From: a virus
Taxonomy: Duplodnaviria > Caudoviricetes
IMG/VR virus record: IMGVR_UViG_2706796752_000001
Coordinates: 64,001 to 128,000 of that record
Length of the DNA stretch: 64,000 bases
Strand: one strand, 5' to 3'
Part shown: positions 11,161 through 19,868 of the stretch, piece after piece
How the letters are laid out: each line of letters opens with the position of its first letter
Position numbering within the stretch: position 1 is the stretch's first letter
Made by a program: the position numbers and the translations under genes
The notes under the pieces: generated by a model
What the model was told of the DNA's origin: nothing
The model's database searches: none
What the model saw: only the letters and a program-made list of their open reading frames with translations

Positions 11161-11349
11161 ATGTCAGAATATAGAGCAGCATCCGGCGCGTTGGTCTTTG
11201 TACCAACCGCTGAGATGGAAAGACAGATTGAACAGCAGAACCAAGATTTACGCAATTCTATCAAGCTTAAGCAAGACTTAGAAGACGTGGCGAAGATGAA
11301 GGAAGAGCTAGCAGAAATGATGAGAAAGATGAAAGAGTCCACTACTTAG
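11161..11349 (+). CDS. small coiled-coil protein at the end of the tail module
   Basis: Strong RBS AGGAGGA; SGALVFVPT followed by a coiled coil. Confidence 0.7.
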   Translation: MSEYRAASGALVFVPTAEMERQIEQQNQDLRNSIKLKQDLEDVAKMKEELAEMMRKMKESTT

Positions 11350-11363
11350 TGGACTCTTTTTTA
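11332..11363 (+). terminator. intrinsic terminator ending the tail operon
   Basis: AAAGAGTCCACTA-ct-TAGTGGACTCTTT followed by a T tract. Confidence 0.85.
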
Positions 11364-11420
11364 TTTATAATTTTCAACTCTGCTATACTTAATTTATACA
11401 AAAGAAGAGGAGAGAGTTAA

Positions 11421-13190
11421 ATGATAATTAAGGTAGGTAATAGCTACACAACAGTAGACTTCCAGAATAACGTAAAACTACAAGATGAAGTAAGAGATTA
11501 CATGCATCACCAACTTGGATTAAAGGACCCTCAAGCAATTCACTCACGAGTTTACAAGCTAGGTCATTGGGATGGAATTACAGATTACTATGATATGAAG
11601 AACGATAAATTCCCTACAGGATTCCTTGATAAATTCCTAGAAGGTATTCGTCACATGCAGACATATATAAAGATGTTGACATATACCATTGAAGATGATA
11701 GACCATCACCGCTAATCCATCAAGATTCTATCGATGAGGAAATTACAGTTATTAAAAAAGGTGAAGTGTTAACGCTCCATGATTATCAATACGGTTCCGT
11801 TAAACAGTCACTAGCAGAACAGACTGGAGTTGTTAATCTAGCTACGAATGCAGGTAAAACGTTCCAAGCAACAGGGTTAATCAAGATACTTCAACCACTA
11901 CTTGACAGAGACGAAAGAATATGCTTCATGGTTCACTCAAAAGATATCTTGCAGCAAGCACGAGCATCTATTTGTGAAGGTTTGGGTATTGACATTAAAG
12001 AAACAGGGTTAGTCGGTGAGGGTAAATTTGATGTGAAGGATAAGAAACTAGTATTCGCAATGAGCCCTTCTTTAGCATCTGCTTTATCGGACCCGAAGAA
12101 AGGTGTTTCACTAACAACAAAAGAGCGAATGTTCAAAAAAATGAGTGAAGACATTGCTCCTAGATTCATTGGCACAGTTAATACAAAGACGCTTATTAAA
12201 AACTTCTTGAAGAACTGGACGCCTAAAACAAAGAATGATTTAGAAATTGAAGAGGCTCTTACAGTACTAGCTTACGATAATACGTATTCACAAGCTAAAG
12301 TACAGATGGAGCTTATGGGATTCAAAGTTAAATTCGAGAAAGTACTAGAGAAGAAGAATAAGAAGAACTTCGATAAGTGGAAACAGGCTAATGACTTTGT
12401 CGGCTCTGTACGCGTACTAATCGCCGATGAGTGTCAACGTGCGAAAGGTGATACTTGGTATAACAATGTGTTAGCTATGGAAAATGCACAATATCGAATC
12501 GGTTTAACTGGTACTGTTGACCCTAAAGACGTAATCATGAAACACCGACTAGAAGCACTGTTTGGTAACATTATTGCGAAAGTATCGAATGACGAGATGA
12601 TTCAACGAGGTATTTCTTCTAAACCTAGAATCCGAGTATTAGAGGTCAAGGAACCACGGAACATCGAACTTGCAGAGAACTATCTGGAAGCCTACAAAGT
12701 TGGTATCGCAGAAAATGACTACCGTACTGGACTAGGTGTCAAGATGGCAATTACCTTCTACGAAGCAAAGAGAGCCGGAGTAGTTCTCACAGTTACTCAT
12801 ATTGAACATGGTAACAGAGCTGTCGCAATGTTGCAAGAAAAAGGTTACGAAGTTGGATTCCTTCATGGGGAGCTTACATTAGAAGAGCGTACCGAATTAT
12901 TAACTAGATTTGATAGTAACGAGCTCCACTTCTTGGTAGCTTCTACCATTATCGATGAAGGTATCTCCATCAACTCAATCGGATGTATGGTTTTACTAAA
13001 CGGTGGTAAATCGATGAGACAGATTCTACAGCGTATCGGTCGTGGACTTCGTCTTAACGGAGTGGACGGAAACCAAACTGTAATTTTCGATTTTGTCGAC
13101 ATGACTCACCGGATACTAAAATCCCACAGTAAAGAGCGTTTGCGCCTATACAAAGAAGAAAAGTTCGATGTGAAGCTAGTAAAACTTTAA
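11421..13190 (+). CDS. superfamily 2 DNA helicase (UvsW-like)
   Basis: Walker A ATNAGKT, motif II DECQ, motif III GLTGT, motif VI QRIGRGLR. Confidence 0.92.
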   Translation: MIIKVGNSYTTVDFQNNVKLQDEVRDYMHHQLGLKDPQAIHSRVYKLGHWDGITDYYDMKNDKFPTGFLDKFLEGIRHMQTYIKMLTYTIEDDRPSPLIHQDSIDEEITVIKKGEVLTLHDYQYGSVKQSLAEQTGVVNLATNAGKTFQATGLIKILQPLLDRDERICFMVHSKDILQQARASICEGLGIDIKETGLVGEGKFDVKDKKLVFAMSPSLASALSDPKKGVSLTTKERMFKKMSEDIAPRFIGTVNTKTLIKNFLKNWTPKTKNDLEIEEALTVLAYDNTYSQAKVQMELMGFKVKFEKVLEKKNKKNFDKWKQANDFVGSVRVLIADECQRAKGDTWYNNVLAMENAQYRIGLTGTVDPKDVIMKHRLEALFGNIIAKVSNDEMIQRGISSKPRIRVLEVKEPRNIELAENYLEAYKVGIAENDYRTGLGVKMAITFYEAKRAGVVLTVTHIEHGNRAVAMLQEKGYEVGFLHGELTLEERTELLTRFDSNELHFLVASTIIDEGISINSIGCMVLLNGGKSMRQILQRIGRGLRLNGVDGNQTVIFDFVDMTHRILKSHSKERLRLYKEEKFDVKLVKL

Positions 13191-13206
13191 TAGTAACTGT
13201 CCTACT

Positions 13207-13249
13207 AAGAGAAATAGTTGTTGCTATTTCTCTTTTTCTATTATATACT
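13207..13249 (+). promoter_or_regulatory. terminator hairpin overlapping a sigmaA-like promoter
   Basis: AAGAGAAATAG/CTATTTCTCTT stem plus T tract; TTGCTA(13221)-N17-TATACT(13244). Confidence 0.65.
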
Positions 13250-13286
13250 TCGTAATATATTAAAAACAACAAAGGGGATGTTACAT

Positions 13287-14120
13287 ATGGCTAAGACAAA
13301 CATAGAGTTAGTTGCATGCGAAGAAACATATAATAGTTTAGTAACTTTCAAATCAGTGGACGAGCTTAACGAAGTAGTTCGTGTTTACCGTGACGAAATT
13401 AAGAAGTTGGATATCCGCGGGGATATGAAACAGAACTTATCGAAACTTATCATGATTATTAAGGAGCATAGCTGCAAGTACTTCGGCGTGAGCTTTTTAA
13501 CAAAACGTTCTATGTCTAAGATTTTAGAAGTTAGCTATAAAACGATTCAACGATTAATGATTCGTCTTCGTGATTTAGGTATGGTAAAGGAGTACGATAT
13601 GAAGCGCCCTTCAGATATGAGACAGACATCAAATATCGTTACAATTCAACCAATCGTAAAAGAGGAAGAGTCCAACAAGGAACCTGCAAAAACACCTGTT
13701 AAATGTCCGACTAAAAAAACAACTACTCAAGACCTTAAAACAAATACATTTAAAACATATAAACAACGTAATAATAATAGCTCTACTGAAGATACATTAA
13801 ACAACTTAAAGAGTGCGGAATTTGTAGCTCACTGGGTAAATCCACGTTTCACTAATCTAGCAAACTCTTATTTCTCTAAAGCGAAAACAATCGAAGAGCT
13901 ATGGAGAGTAGTGTTACAAAACAATACAACAGCAGCATTCAACAAAGAGCAGGAAGCCCACATTGGTTACATCGCGCTTAAAGAGTTAGTTATGAAAATG
14001 AAATCTGGTACACGATTCACAAAATCTATCTTCGCTTACTTCCACGGAGTAGTGGACAAGCTTATGGGTAAATTCTACTTTGACAAGAAGTTCATGGACG
14101 AGGAAAACCTCGAGTTTTAA
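13287..14120 (+). CDS. winged-helix (HTH_36-like) DNA-binding/replication-type protein
   Basis: RBS AAAGGGG before ATG 13287; GVSFLTKRSMSKILEVSYKTIQRLMIRLRDLGMVKEY is a wHTH pattern; low-complexity linker, then a helical C-terminal domain. Confidence 0.75.
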   Translation: MAKTNIELVACEETYNSLVTFKSVDELNEVVRVYRDEIKKLDIRGDMKQNLSKLIMIIKEHSCKYFGVSFLTKRSMSKILEVSYKTIQRLMIRLRDLGMVKEYDMKRPSDMRQTSNIVTIQPIVKEEESNKEPAKTPVKCPTKKTTTQDLKTNTFKTYKQRNNNSSTEDTLNNLKSAEFVAHWVNPRFTNLANSYFSKAKTIEELWRVVLQNNTTAAFNKEQEAHIGYIALKELVMKMKSGTRFTKSIFAYFHGVVDKLMGKFYFDKKFMDEENLEF

Positions 14121-14183
14121 TCCTGTGTTATAATAGTTATACACAACTAAATACGTCCTTTTACAGACAATTCACAAAACATC

Positions 14184-14212
14184 TTGACAATTACAAACAA
14201 GTGTGCTATACT
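14184..14212 (+). promoter_or_regulatory. sigmaA-type early promoter
   Basis: TTGACA-N17-TATACT with extended -10 TG. Confidence 0.85.
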
Positions 14213-14267
14213 GTCTATGTTACAAATCTATCTAGGGTGTATAACTAAATAATAAGGAGAAGAGAAC

Positions 14268-16067
14268 ATGGAAACTACTATGAACCAAAGCATTTATATT
14301 AACACATCGTTCTTTAAAAACGGTGGTGTTAGCTGTCACCAGTTACTTGTTGAGTTAACGGAAATAGCTAAAACAACAATCGATAAGACGGTACTAATGA
14401 CTAAGACTGAGATGGGTAAGCTTGTCGGTAAGTCTGTTAGTACTATTAGCACGCAGTTAAACAAACTAAAGGAGATGGGAGTATGCGATGTCGAGTCTAA
14501 ATCCGGTCGTGGAGGAAAGACATTAGTCGTATTCAACCAAGAGTTTGTTCAGTTCGCTACGTCTGAAGAATCATCTTTAGTTAACGGTACAAAACCTGAG
14601 CAACGTACTACAGAGGAGATTAAAGGTGAAGTATTAGCTATGGCTCCAAAACGTAAACCTAAAACTGACCGTAAGCGTCGTAACAGCAAGCAAATTGAAG
14701 CTGATTTATTGAAACGTCGCGCTGTTGATGGTGCTTACAATCTAGCAAACAACGACATTATCGAAGGTGTTATTCCTCAATGGGAAACATTTAAGAAGTC
14801 ACCTACAGCAGTAGAGGACTTTAAAGCATACATTGTGTCCGTTATGTACACTCGTTATGCTTATTTAGCTATCGAATCTCATAATAAACGTCATGAAAAG
14901 AACGTTGAATCGAATAAAGAGGACAGCTCATACATTGTTATGACTCGTAAAATCCCTCAAATCAATCAAAACTACTCACCGTTCAAGGATGGTGTATTCG
15001 GTTCTAAAGAAATGACGTATTTCAAGAACTTCATTAAGATGTGTGATGAGGAAGGTATTGATATTGGTACGTACCTTAGCGCACAAATGAATAGATATGC
15101 ACTTGTAACAGGTAGACTTGGTGGTAAAAACAACTCACTACCTTACTTGAGCACACTTAAATCTGCTGAAGGTATGGAGATTTACAAGAATCATATTAAG
15201 TACTGTGATAAAGGTGAGCTCCGACACTGGAAAGCTACCGCTAACTATGACAAGTACGCATTCGATGTAATTATCAGCATGTGCCAATATGCATTAACAT
15301 CTACGAACTACAATGATTACACACTAGAACGTAAGTACGATGCATTCTTTGCCCCTACAACAAACAAAGGTCTTAGTATGTTGAACTACTTTAATAATGT
15401 TAGCGAAACAATGGAAGCGAAAGGTACTAGTGAAACTTCACAACGTGCGATTAAAGACTTCATTGTTCGACAAACATTGCTATTGACAAGAGGGACAAGA
15501 GATGTTACTAAGACAGAACTATTTATGTCGGCTATGTTTAGTACTACTTTGGCGGACCTGAGCAATTCGACAAAGCATGACAATCCTACGTCGGCTATTA
15601 ACAAAGATACAGATTGGTATAACAAAGTCTGTCACACTGTAGGTAAGTACATTCTTCCTAATGCAGAAGGAACAATGACAGAGTGGAATAAGATACTACG
15701 CGATATGATTGAGATTGACAAGTATTGTAACTTCTTCAATTTAGTAGATTTAATCCAAGAGTATAAAGGTAATTACATCTCATGGGACAACCTACATGCA
15801 GCATTCAAGGAAGTAGGATTCAACACGGTACCTGTAACTAAGTTCAGTCAATTAGATATCGATGCAATTACGCGTGAGTTCTCTCCGTTTGTACTAGAGC
15901 AAGAAAGTTTCATTTCTAGCATGGGAGAATATACACCGAAGTACAACATTAAGAAGACAGAACTAGATGTAAAACGTGATGAGATTAAAGCAGAACAATT
16001 GGCAAAAGAAGTAAGTATATCAGACGATATTCAATCTACTATAGAAGCGGAGATGAAACTATGGTAA
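14268..16067 (+). CDS. HTH-containing Rep-like protein/transcriptional regulator conserved in Herelleviridae
   Basis: N-terminal wHTH MTKTEMGKLVGKSVSTISTQLNKLKEMG..SKSGRGG; lies between the two helicases. Confidence 0.75.
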   Translation: METTMNQSIYINTSFFKNGGVSCHQLLVELTEIAKTTIDKTVLMTKTEMGKLVGKSVSTISTQLNKLKEMGVCDVESKSGRGGKTLVVFNQEFVQFATSEESSLVNGTKPEQRTTEEIKGEVLAMAPKRKPKTDRKRRNSKQIEADLLKRRAVDGAYNLANNDIIEGVIPQWETFKKSPTAVEDFKAYIVSVMYTRYAYLAIESHNKRHEKNVESNKEDSSYIVMTRKIPQINQNYSPFKDGVFGSKEMTYFKNFIKMCDEEGIDIGTYLSAQMNRYALVTGRLGGKNNSLPYLSTLKSAEGMEIYKNHIKYCDKGELRHWKATANYDKYAFDVIISMCQYALTSTNYNDYTLERKYDAFFAPTTNKGLSMLNYFNNVSETMEAKGTSETSQRAIKDFIVRQTLLLTRGTRDVTKTELFMSAMFSTTLADLSNSTKHDNPTSAINKDTDWYNKVCHTVGKYILPNAEGTMTEWNKILRDMIEIDKYCNFFNLVDLIQEYKGNYISWDNLHAAFKEVGFNTVPVTKFSQLDIDAITREFSPFVLEQESFISSMGEYTPKYNIKKTELDVKRDEIKAEQLAKEVSISDDIQSTIEAEMKLW

Positions 16068-16324
16068 TACTTTTGGCTACTGGTGAACTTAGCGAAGAGC
16101 AGATGGACCAATTAAATAAAGAGACTGCGATTATATTTGAGGCTAAGTATACAGAAGCGTACGCAGAAGCCCTAAAACATTCGTATGAAGCAGCCACTAT
16201 GTTCGATGACTGGTGGCATGGGGGACTTGTATTTAATGATGAGTACAAGGACTGTATTCCCCATGATTGTTACGAACATGGTAGACATATCATAATGTGG
16301 GTAACAAGTCAAGGTTTTGGTTGA
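16061..16324 (+). CDS. hypothetical protein
   Basis: ORF overlapping the upstream stop. Confidence 0.55.
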   Translation: MVILLATGELSEEQMDQLNKETAIIFEAKYTEAYAEALKHSYEAATMFDDWWHGGLVFNDEYKDCIPHDCYEHGRHIIMWVTSQGFG

Positions 16325-16349
16325 CATTAGTTTAAAAGTGTGATATAGT
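16321..16349 (+). promoter_or_regulatory. sigmaA-type promoter
   Basis: TTGACA-N17-TATAGT. Confidence 0.8.
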
Positions 16350-16377
16350 AGTAACATACTAGGAGAGGGGAGATTTA

Positions 16378-17856
16378 ATGAAACCAATTATTAAAGAAAT
16401 ACTTAGGAAAGGGGTAGAGTCACCTTCATTTGCAAAGGAGATTTTACCTTTACTTCCTAAATCAACACTAGAAGAGAACCACATGTACGTGGAGATTTCT
16501 CAAGTCATCCAGCATTTTTACAAGAGTAATTCGTCTCTTGCTACTGAGTCTACGTTACTGTCACTAGTGGAGCAAAAGCTAGACAGACAGAAAGCGGATG
16601 CGGAGAAGCAGCAGACATATTACGAGACAGTATCAAGTCTGTATGAGGTTCGAGATATGAGTGACGACAGTGTAATCGATGAATCTATCGAGGCTTACAT
16701 TAAGAAACATTTACGTCTTGACATTTTGAAGAAATCTGCTATGAGACTAGACGATGAAGAGTTCCAGAAGAAAGTTATCGATGACCTTCGAGATGTAGAA
16801 GCGTTAGACGTAACTGGAGGACAGAATGAAATCTTCAACGTGCTTTACGATGAGATGGAGAAACGAGCACTCCTATCATCAATCCAAAGTAATACTATTT
16901 CTACAGGTTATCGAGAGTTAGATAGATTAAATGGTGGTGGACTAGCTAAAGGTGAGCTAGGGCTAATTGCTGCCTTATCTGGTTCTGGTAAAACATTATT
17001 CATGACTAACCTAGCTACAATGTACGTTAAGAAAGGTTATAACGTTCTGTATGTAGCATTAGAGGAAAAGAAAGACCGTATGACACTACGATTCGAGCAA
17101 TCTATGTTAGCGCAGACTCGTGGGGATATCATCGATGGAGATAACCTAGATGAAGAGAAGTTTAAGAAGAGACAAGCTATCTATCATAAACTTAAAGGTA
17201 AGCTTGGTAATTTACTATTCTCTCGTTATTCACCACAAACTATTACACTAGCAAAGATTGAGCAATTACTATCCGATGCGATGTTACGTTTAGGGATTCC
17301 AGTAGACGTACTGATTATCGATTACCCAGAATTATTACGTAACCCTAATGCAACAGGTAACGAATCTGATGATGGTGGTAAACTATTTGAAGAGGTTCGA
17401 CGTGTAGCACAAGACTTTAACGTAGTAACGTGGGCAGCTTCACAGCTTAACCGTTCAGCTTATAACGCAATCATTCGTACATCAGAACACATGGAAGGTT
17501 CAGTACGTAAGAAGAATGCTTGTGAGTTGGTATTGATTGTCAACCAGTATCCCGAAGAGTACAAAGCAGGGTTCCTTCGTATGTACGCGGATAAGGTCCG
17601 AAATCCTCCCGAAGGTGTATACGATAAGATGTTAGGCTTTGTTGTAGATGGGACAAGACAGTTAATACGAGATTACAAGTTTGATGAAGGTTCCGGTAAT
17701 CAAACATCAGCGGAAGAGAAAGCACACAGAGCATTACTTGCAGAGATTGAAAATGATGGTATGGACTTTGGTAAAGGGAAGCAAAAGCAACCTCAATCTA
17801 AAATAGCTATGCCTAACTTAAGTGATGAAATAAATAAAGCAGTTGGAGGGAAATAA
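16378..17856 (+). CDS. replicative DNA helicase (DnaB/T4 gp41-like)
   Basis: ISTGYRELDRLNGGGL, Walker A ALSGSGKT, YVALEE, IIDY, ASQLNR. Confidence 0.93.
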   Translation: MKPIIKEILRKGVESPSFAKEILPLLPKSTLEENHMYVEISQVIQHFYKSNSSLATESTLLSLVEQKLDRQKADAEKQQTYYETVSSLYEVRDMSDDSVIDESIEAYIKKHLRLDILKKSAMRLDDEEFQKKVIDDLRDVEALDVTGGQNEIFNVLYDEMEKRALLSSIQSNTISTGYRELDRLNGGGLAKGELGLIAALSGSGKTLFMTNLATMYVKKGYNVLYVALEEKKDRMTLRFEQSMLAQTRGDIIDGDNLDEEKFKKRQAIYHKLKGKLGNLLFSRYSPQTITLAKIEQLLSDAMLRLGIPVDVLIIDYPELLRNPNATGNESDDGGKLFEEVRRVAQDFNVVTWAASQLNRSAYNAIIRTSEHMEGSVRKKNACELVLIVNQYPEEYKAGFLRMYADKVRNPPEGVYDKMLGFVVDGTRQLIRDYKFDEGSGNQTSAEEKAHRALLAEIENDGMDFGKGKQKQPQSKIAMPNLSDEINKAVGGK

Positions 17857-17857
17857 C

Positions 17858-18160
17858 ATGAAAAAGGGATTAGCAGCTTTAGCATTAACTAGTACACTAT
17901 TAGTTGGAGCCATCACTGGATGTGCGGCTAGTAAGTCTGAAGAGAAACCAAAAGATAAGTCAGAGAAAACAGCAGCAGAGAAACGTGGTGTGGACATCTG
18001 GGCTATGAAAGGTACTACTGAAGTACACTATGAAGGAAAAGACATCAAAGATTACTACCGCTCAAATAAGTCCGGCACTCTAGTGATTACTTTCAAAAAT
18101 GGTAAAGAAGTAGTAGTTACAAATTACCATCTAGAGGAGGAACACCCTAATGCGGAATAA
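17858..18160 (+). CDS. putative lipoprotein
   Basis: MKK, hydrophobic stretch, lipobox ITGC; RBS GGAGG before ATG 17858. Confidence 0.75.
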   Translation: MKKGLAALALTSTLLVGAITGCAASKSEEKPKDKSEKTAAEKRGVDIWAMKGTTEVHYEGKDIKDYYRSNKSGTLVITFKNGKEVVVTNYHLEEEHPNAE

Positions 18161-19247
18161 TATTATCTGTTTCTCGGACTTTCATTGGCACAACTGGAGT
18201 ACATTCGCTAAACCACAAATATTTACCTACAACGGTAAGGAAATTGAAGCTACCGATAGACTAGTAGCTCAGTGGAACACGATTGATAAAATCTTTGAGT
18301 TAGCGGATGAGCATAATGCACATATTGTGTTTGCAGGGGATTACTATCATGCTCGTAAACGTGTGGAGTCATTAGTGTTCAACATGGGGTTCAATGCGAT
18401 TAAGGAGAACATGGATAAGCGACCTGATATAGAACTGTTCATGGTAGTAGGTAATCACGACCAATCTGACTCTTCTAGGATACCAGAGCACTCGTTAGAG
18501 CAGTTTAAAGCGATTAACAATGTATTTGTATTAGACGACTTCCAAAGCTTCCAGACGGACAGCGTAGTCATTTATCCAGTGTCTTATTCTGACGATGTTG
18601 ACTTTGTAAAAGAACAGATTGACAGATTTGCAGTAGAGGCGGAACAAGAAGAGAGACTTACAATGTTAGTAGCTCACCTCGGCGTAGATGGTAGTGAAAC
18701 GGGAAGACACTCACACCGATTAGGTGGAGCGTTTAGTATTGCTGACCTAAACCCAGACTCATTCACGTACATCGTTCTAGGACACTACCATAAACGACAG
18801 TATATAGGGAAATGGGACAGTGTATTCTATTGCGGCAATACGTTGCAAGAAAGCTTCTCTGATGAGGGACAAGTAAAAGGTGTGTTCTTGGTTAACGGAG
18901 AGTATTACGAGAAACCTATATTCATTGAGATTCCTAATAAACAGTTCATCACTATCACCGAGATTGATGAGAATACTGAGCAAACTGTGAAAGACCATTA
19001 TGTACGATTTGTCATCCCACAAGAGTTAGCTGTAGAAGTAGCTGCAATTACAGAGGACGTACCAACAGCTCGAATTGAAGTACAGAGGGAGTTTAAGTCT
19101 GAAGTACGTATCGATATCAAGGTAGATTCTACTGAGGAGGATATTGTCGATGCATATACGGACGAGTTCTTTACGCATACTAAGAGTAAGGCGCTAGCAA
19201 TCATTAAAGAGGCGAAACAGCGAAAGGCGGAGATTGACAATGAGTAG
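18150..19247 (+). CDS. recombination nuclease subunit (SbcD/Mre11/gp47-like)
   Basis: SDFH, AGD, GNHD, AHL and LGHYH phosphoesterase motifs; F SDEG tail; upstream of SbcC. Confidence 0.92.
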   Translation: MRNNIICFSDFHWHNWSTFAKPQIFTYNGKEIEATDRLVAQWNTIDKIFELADEHNAHIVFAGDYYHARKRVESLVFNMGFNAIKENMDKRPDIELFMVVGNHDQSDSSRIPEHSLEQFKAINNVFVLDDFQSFQTDSVVIYPVSYSDDVDFVKEQIDRFAVEAEQEERLTMLVAHLGVDGSETGRHSHRLGGAFSIADLNPDSFTYIVLGHYHKRQYIGKWDSVFYCGNTLQESFSDEGQVKGVFLVNGEYYEKPIFIEIPNKQFITITEIDENTEQTVKDHYVRFVIPQELAVEVAAITEDVPTARIEVQREFKSEVRIDIKVDSTEEDIVDAYTDEFFTHTKSKALAIIKEAKQRKAEIDNE

Positions 19248-19614
19248 AATGGAGTATCTTACAGACAAAGAACAAGAACTTAGAGATAAAATAGAAATCG
19301 AGATACAGAATGGAACTTACGACTTAGCTAAAACGACACTCAGTAGATTAACAGACAATCAAAAGTTGATAACTAGGGAACTAGAGAATCAAGCGATACC
19401 TTTAGGATACGACCTAGACTTTGATAGCATTGAAGTTGGAGACAAGTTTAGAGAGGAGTCCTCAACTACTGACATTGATGGAATCTATTATGTTCATGAA
19501 GTATTATACATCGCGAAAGAGGTAGATAGCTCAGGGAATCGAACGTTATTTGCAAAGGTATCTTACGAGAATGATTTCTGGTACGGAACTATGGACGAAG
19601 ACTATTTTAAATAA
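19240..19614 (+). CDS. hypothetical protein with an N-terminal helical hairpin
   Basis: ORF overlapping the sbcD-like stop. Confidence 0.6.
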   Translation: MSRMEYLTDKEQELRDKIEIEIQNGTYDLAKTTLSRLTDNQKLITRELENQAIPLGYDLDFDSIEVGDKFREESSTTDIDGIYYVHEVLYIAKEVDSSGNRTLFAKVSYENDFWYGTMDEDYFK

Positions 19615-19656
19615 TAGTCTTTTTTTCTTGACTTTTTTATGGTATTATGATATATT
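19597..19656 (+). promoter_or_regulatory. terminator followed by a sigmaA-type promoter
   Basis: AAGACTATT/AATAGTCTT stem plus T tract; TTGACT(19628)-N17-TATATT. Confidence 0.7.
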
Positions 19657-19685
19657 TGGTTTACATCAAATAAAGGAGGAGAAAA

Positions 19686-19868
19686 ATGAATAAGTTCCAA
19701 AGTATGATGAAACGAATTATCGATGGGTACTATAACAAAGAGCAAGTGTTCTTCGAAGAAGGAACAGGATGGTATAGCCGCTTAGACGGTAAGTACGTAG
19801 ACGCTAATGTAATCGAGCGTTACGTAGAAGACATTTTGAATTACTACGAAGTGAGGGAAAGCGAATGA
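19686..19868 (+). CDS. hypothetical protein
   Basis: RBS AAGGAGG. Confidence 0.65.
   Translation: MNKFQSMMKRIIDGYYNKEQVFFEEGTGWYSRLDGKYVDANVIERYVEDILNYYEVRESE

Noticed and set aside
12060-12400. Intein in the SF2 helicase (long gap between motifs); also considered for RNR, RecA and DnaB
   Set aside because: No C/S...HN-C/S/T splice junctions or LAGLIDADG motifs. The helicase insert is a Lys-rich helical segment.
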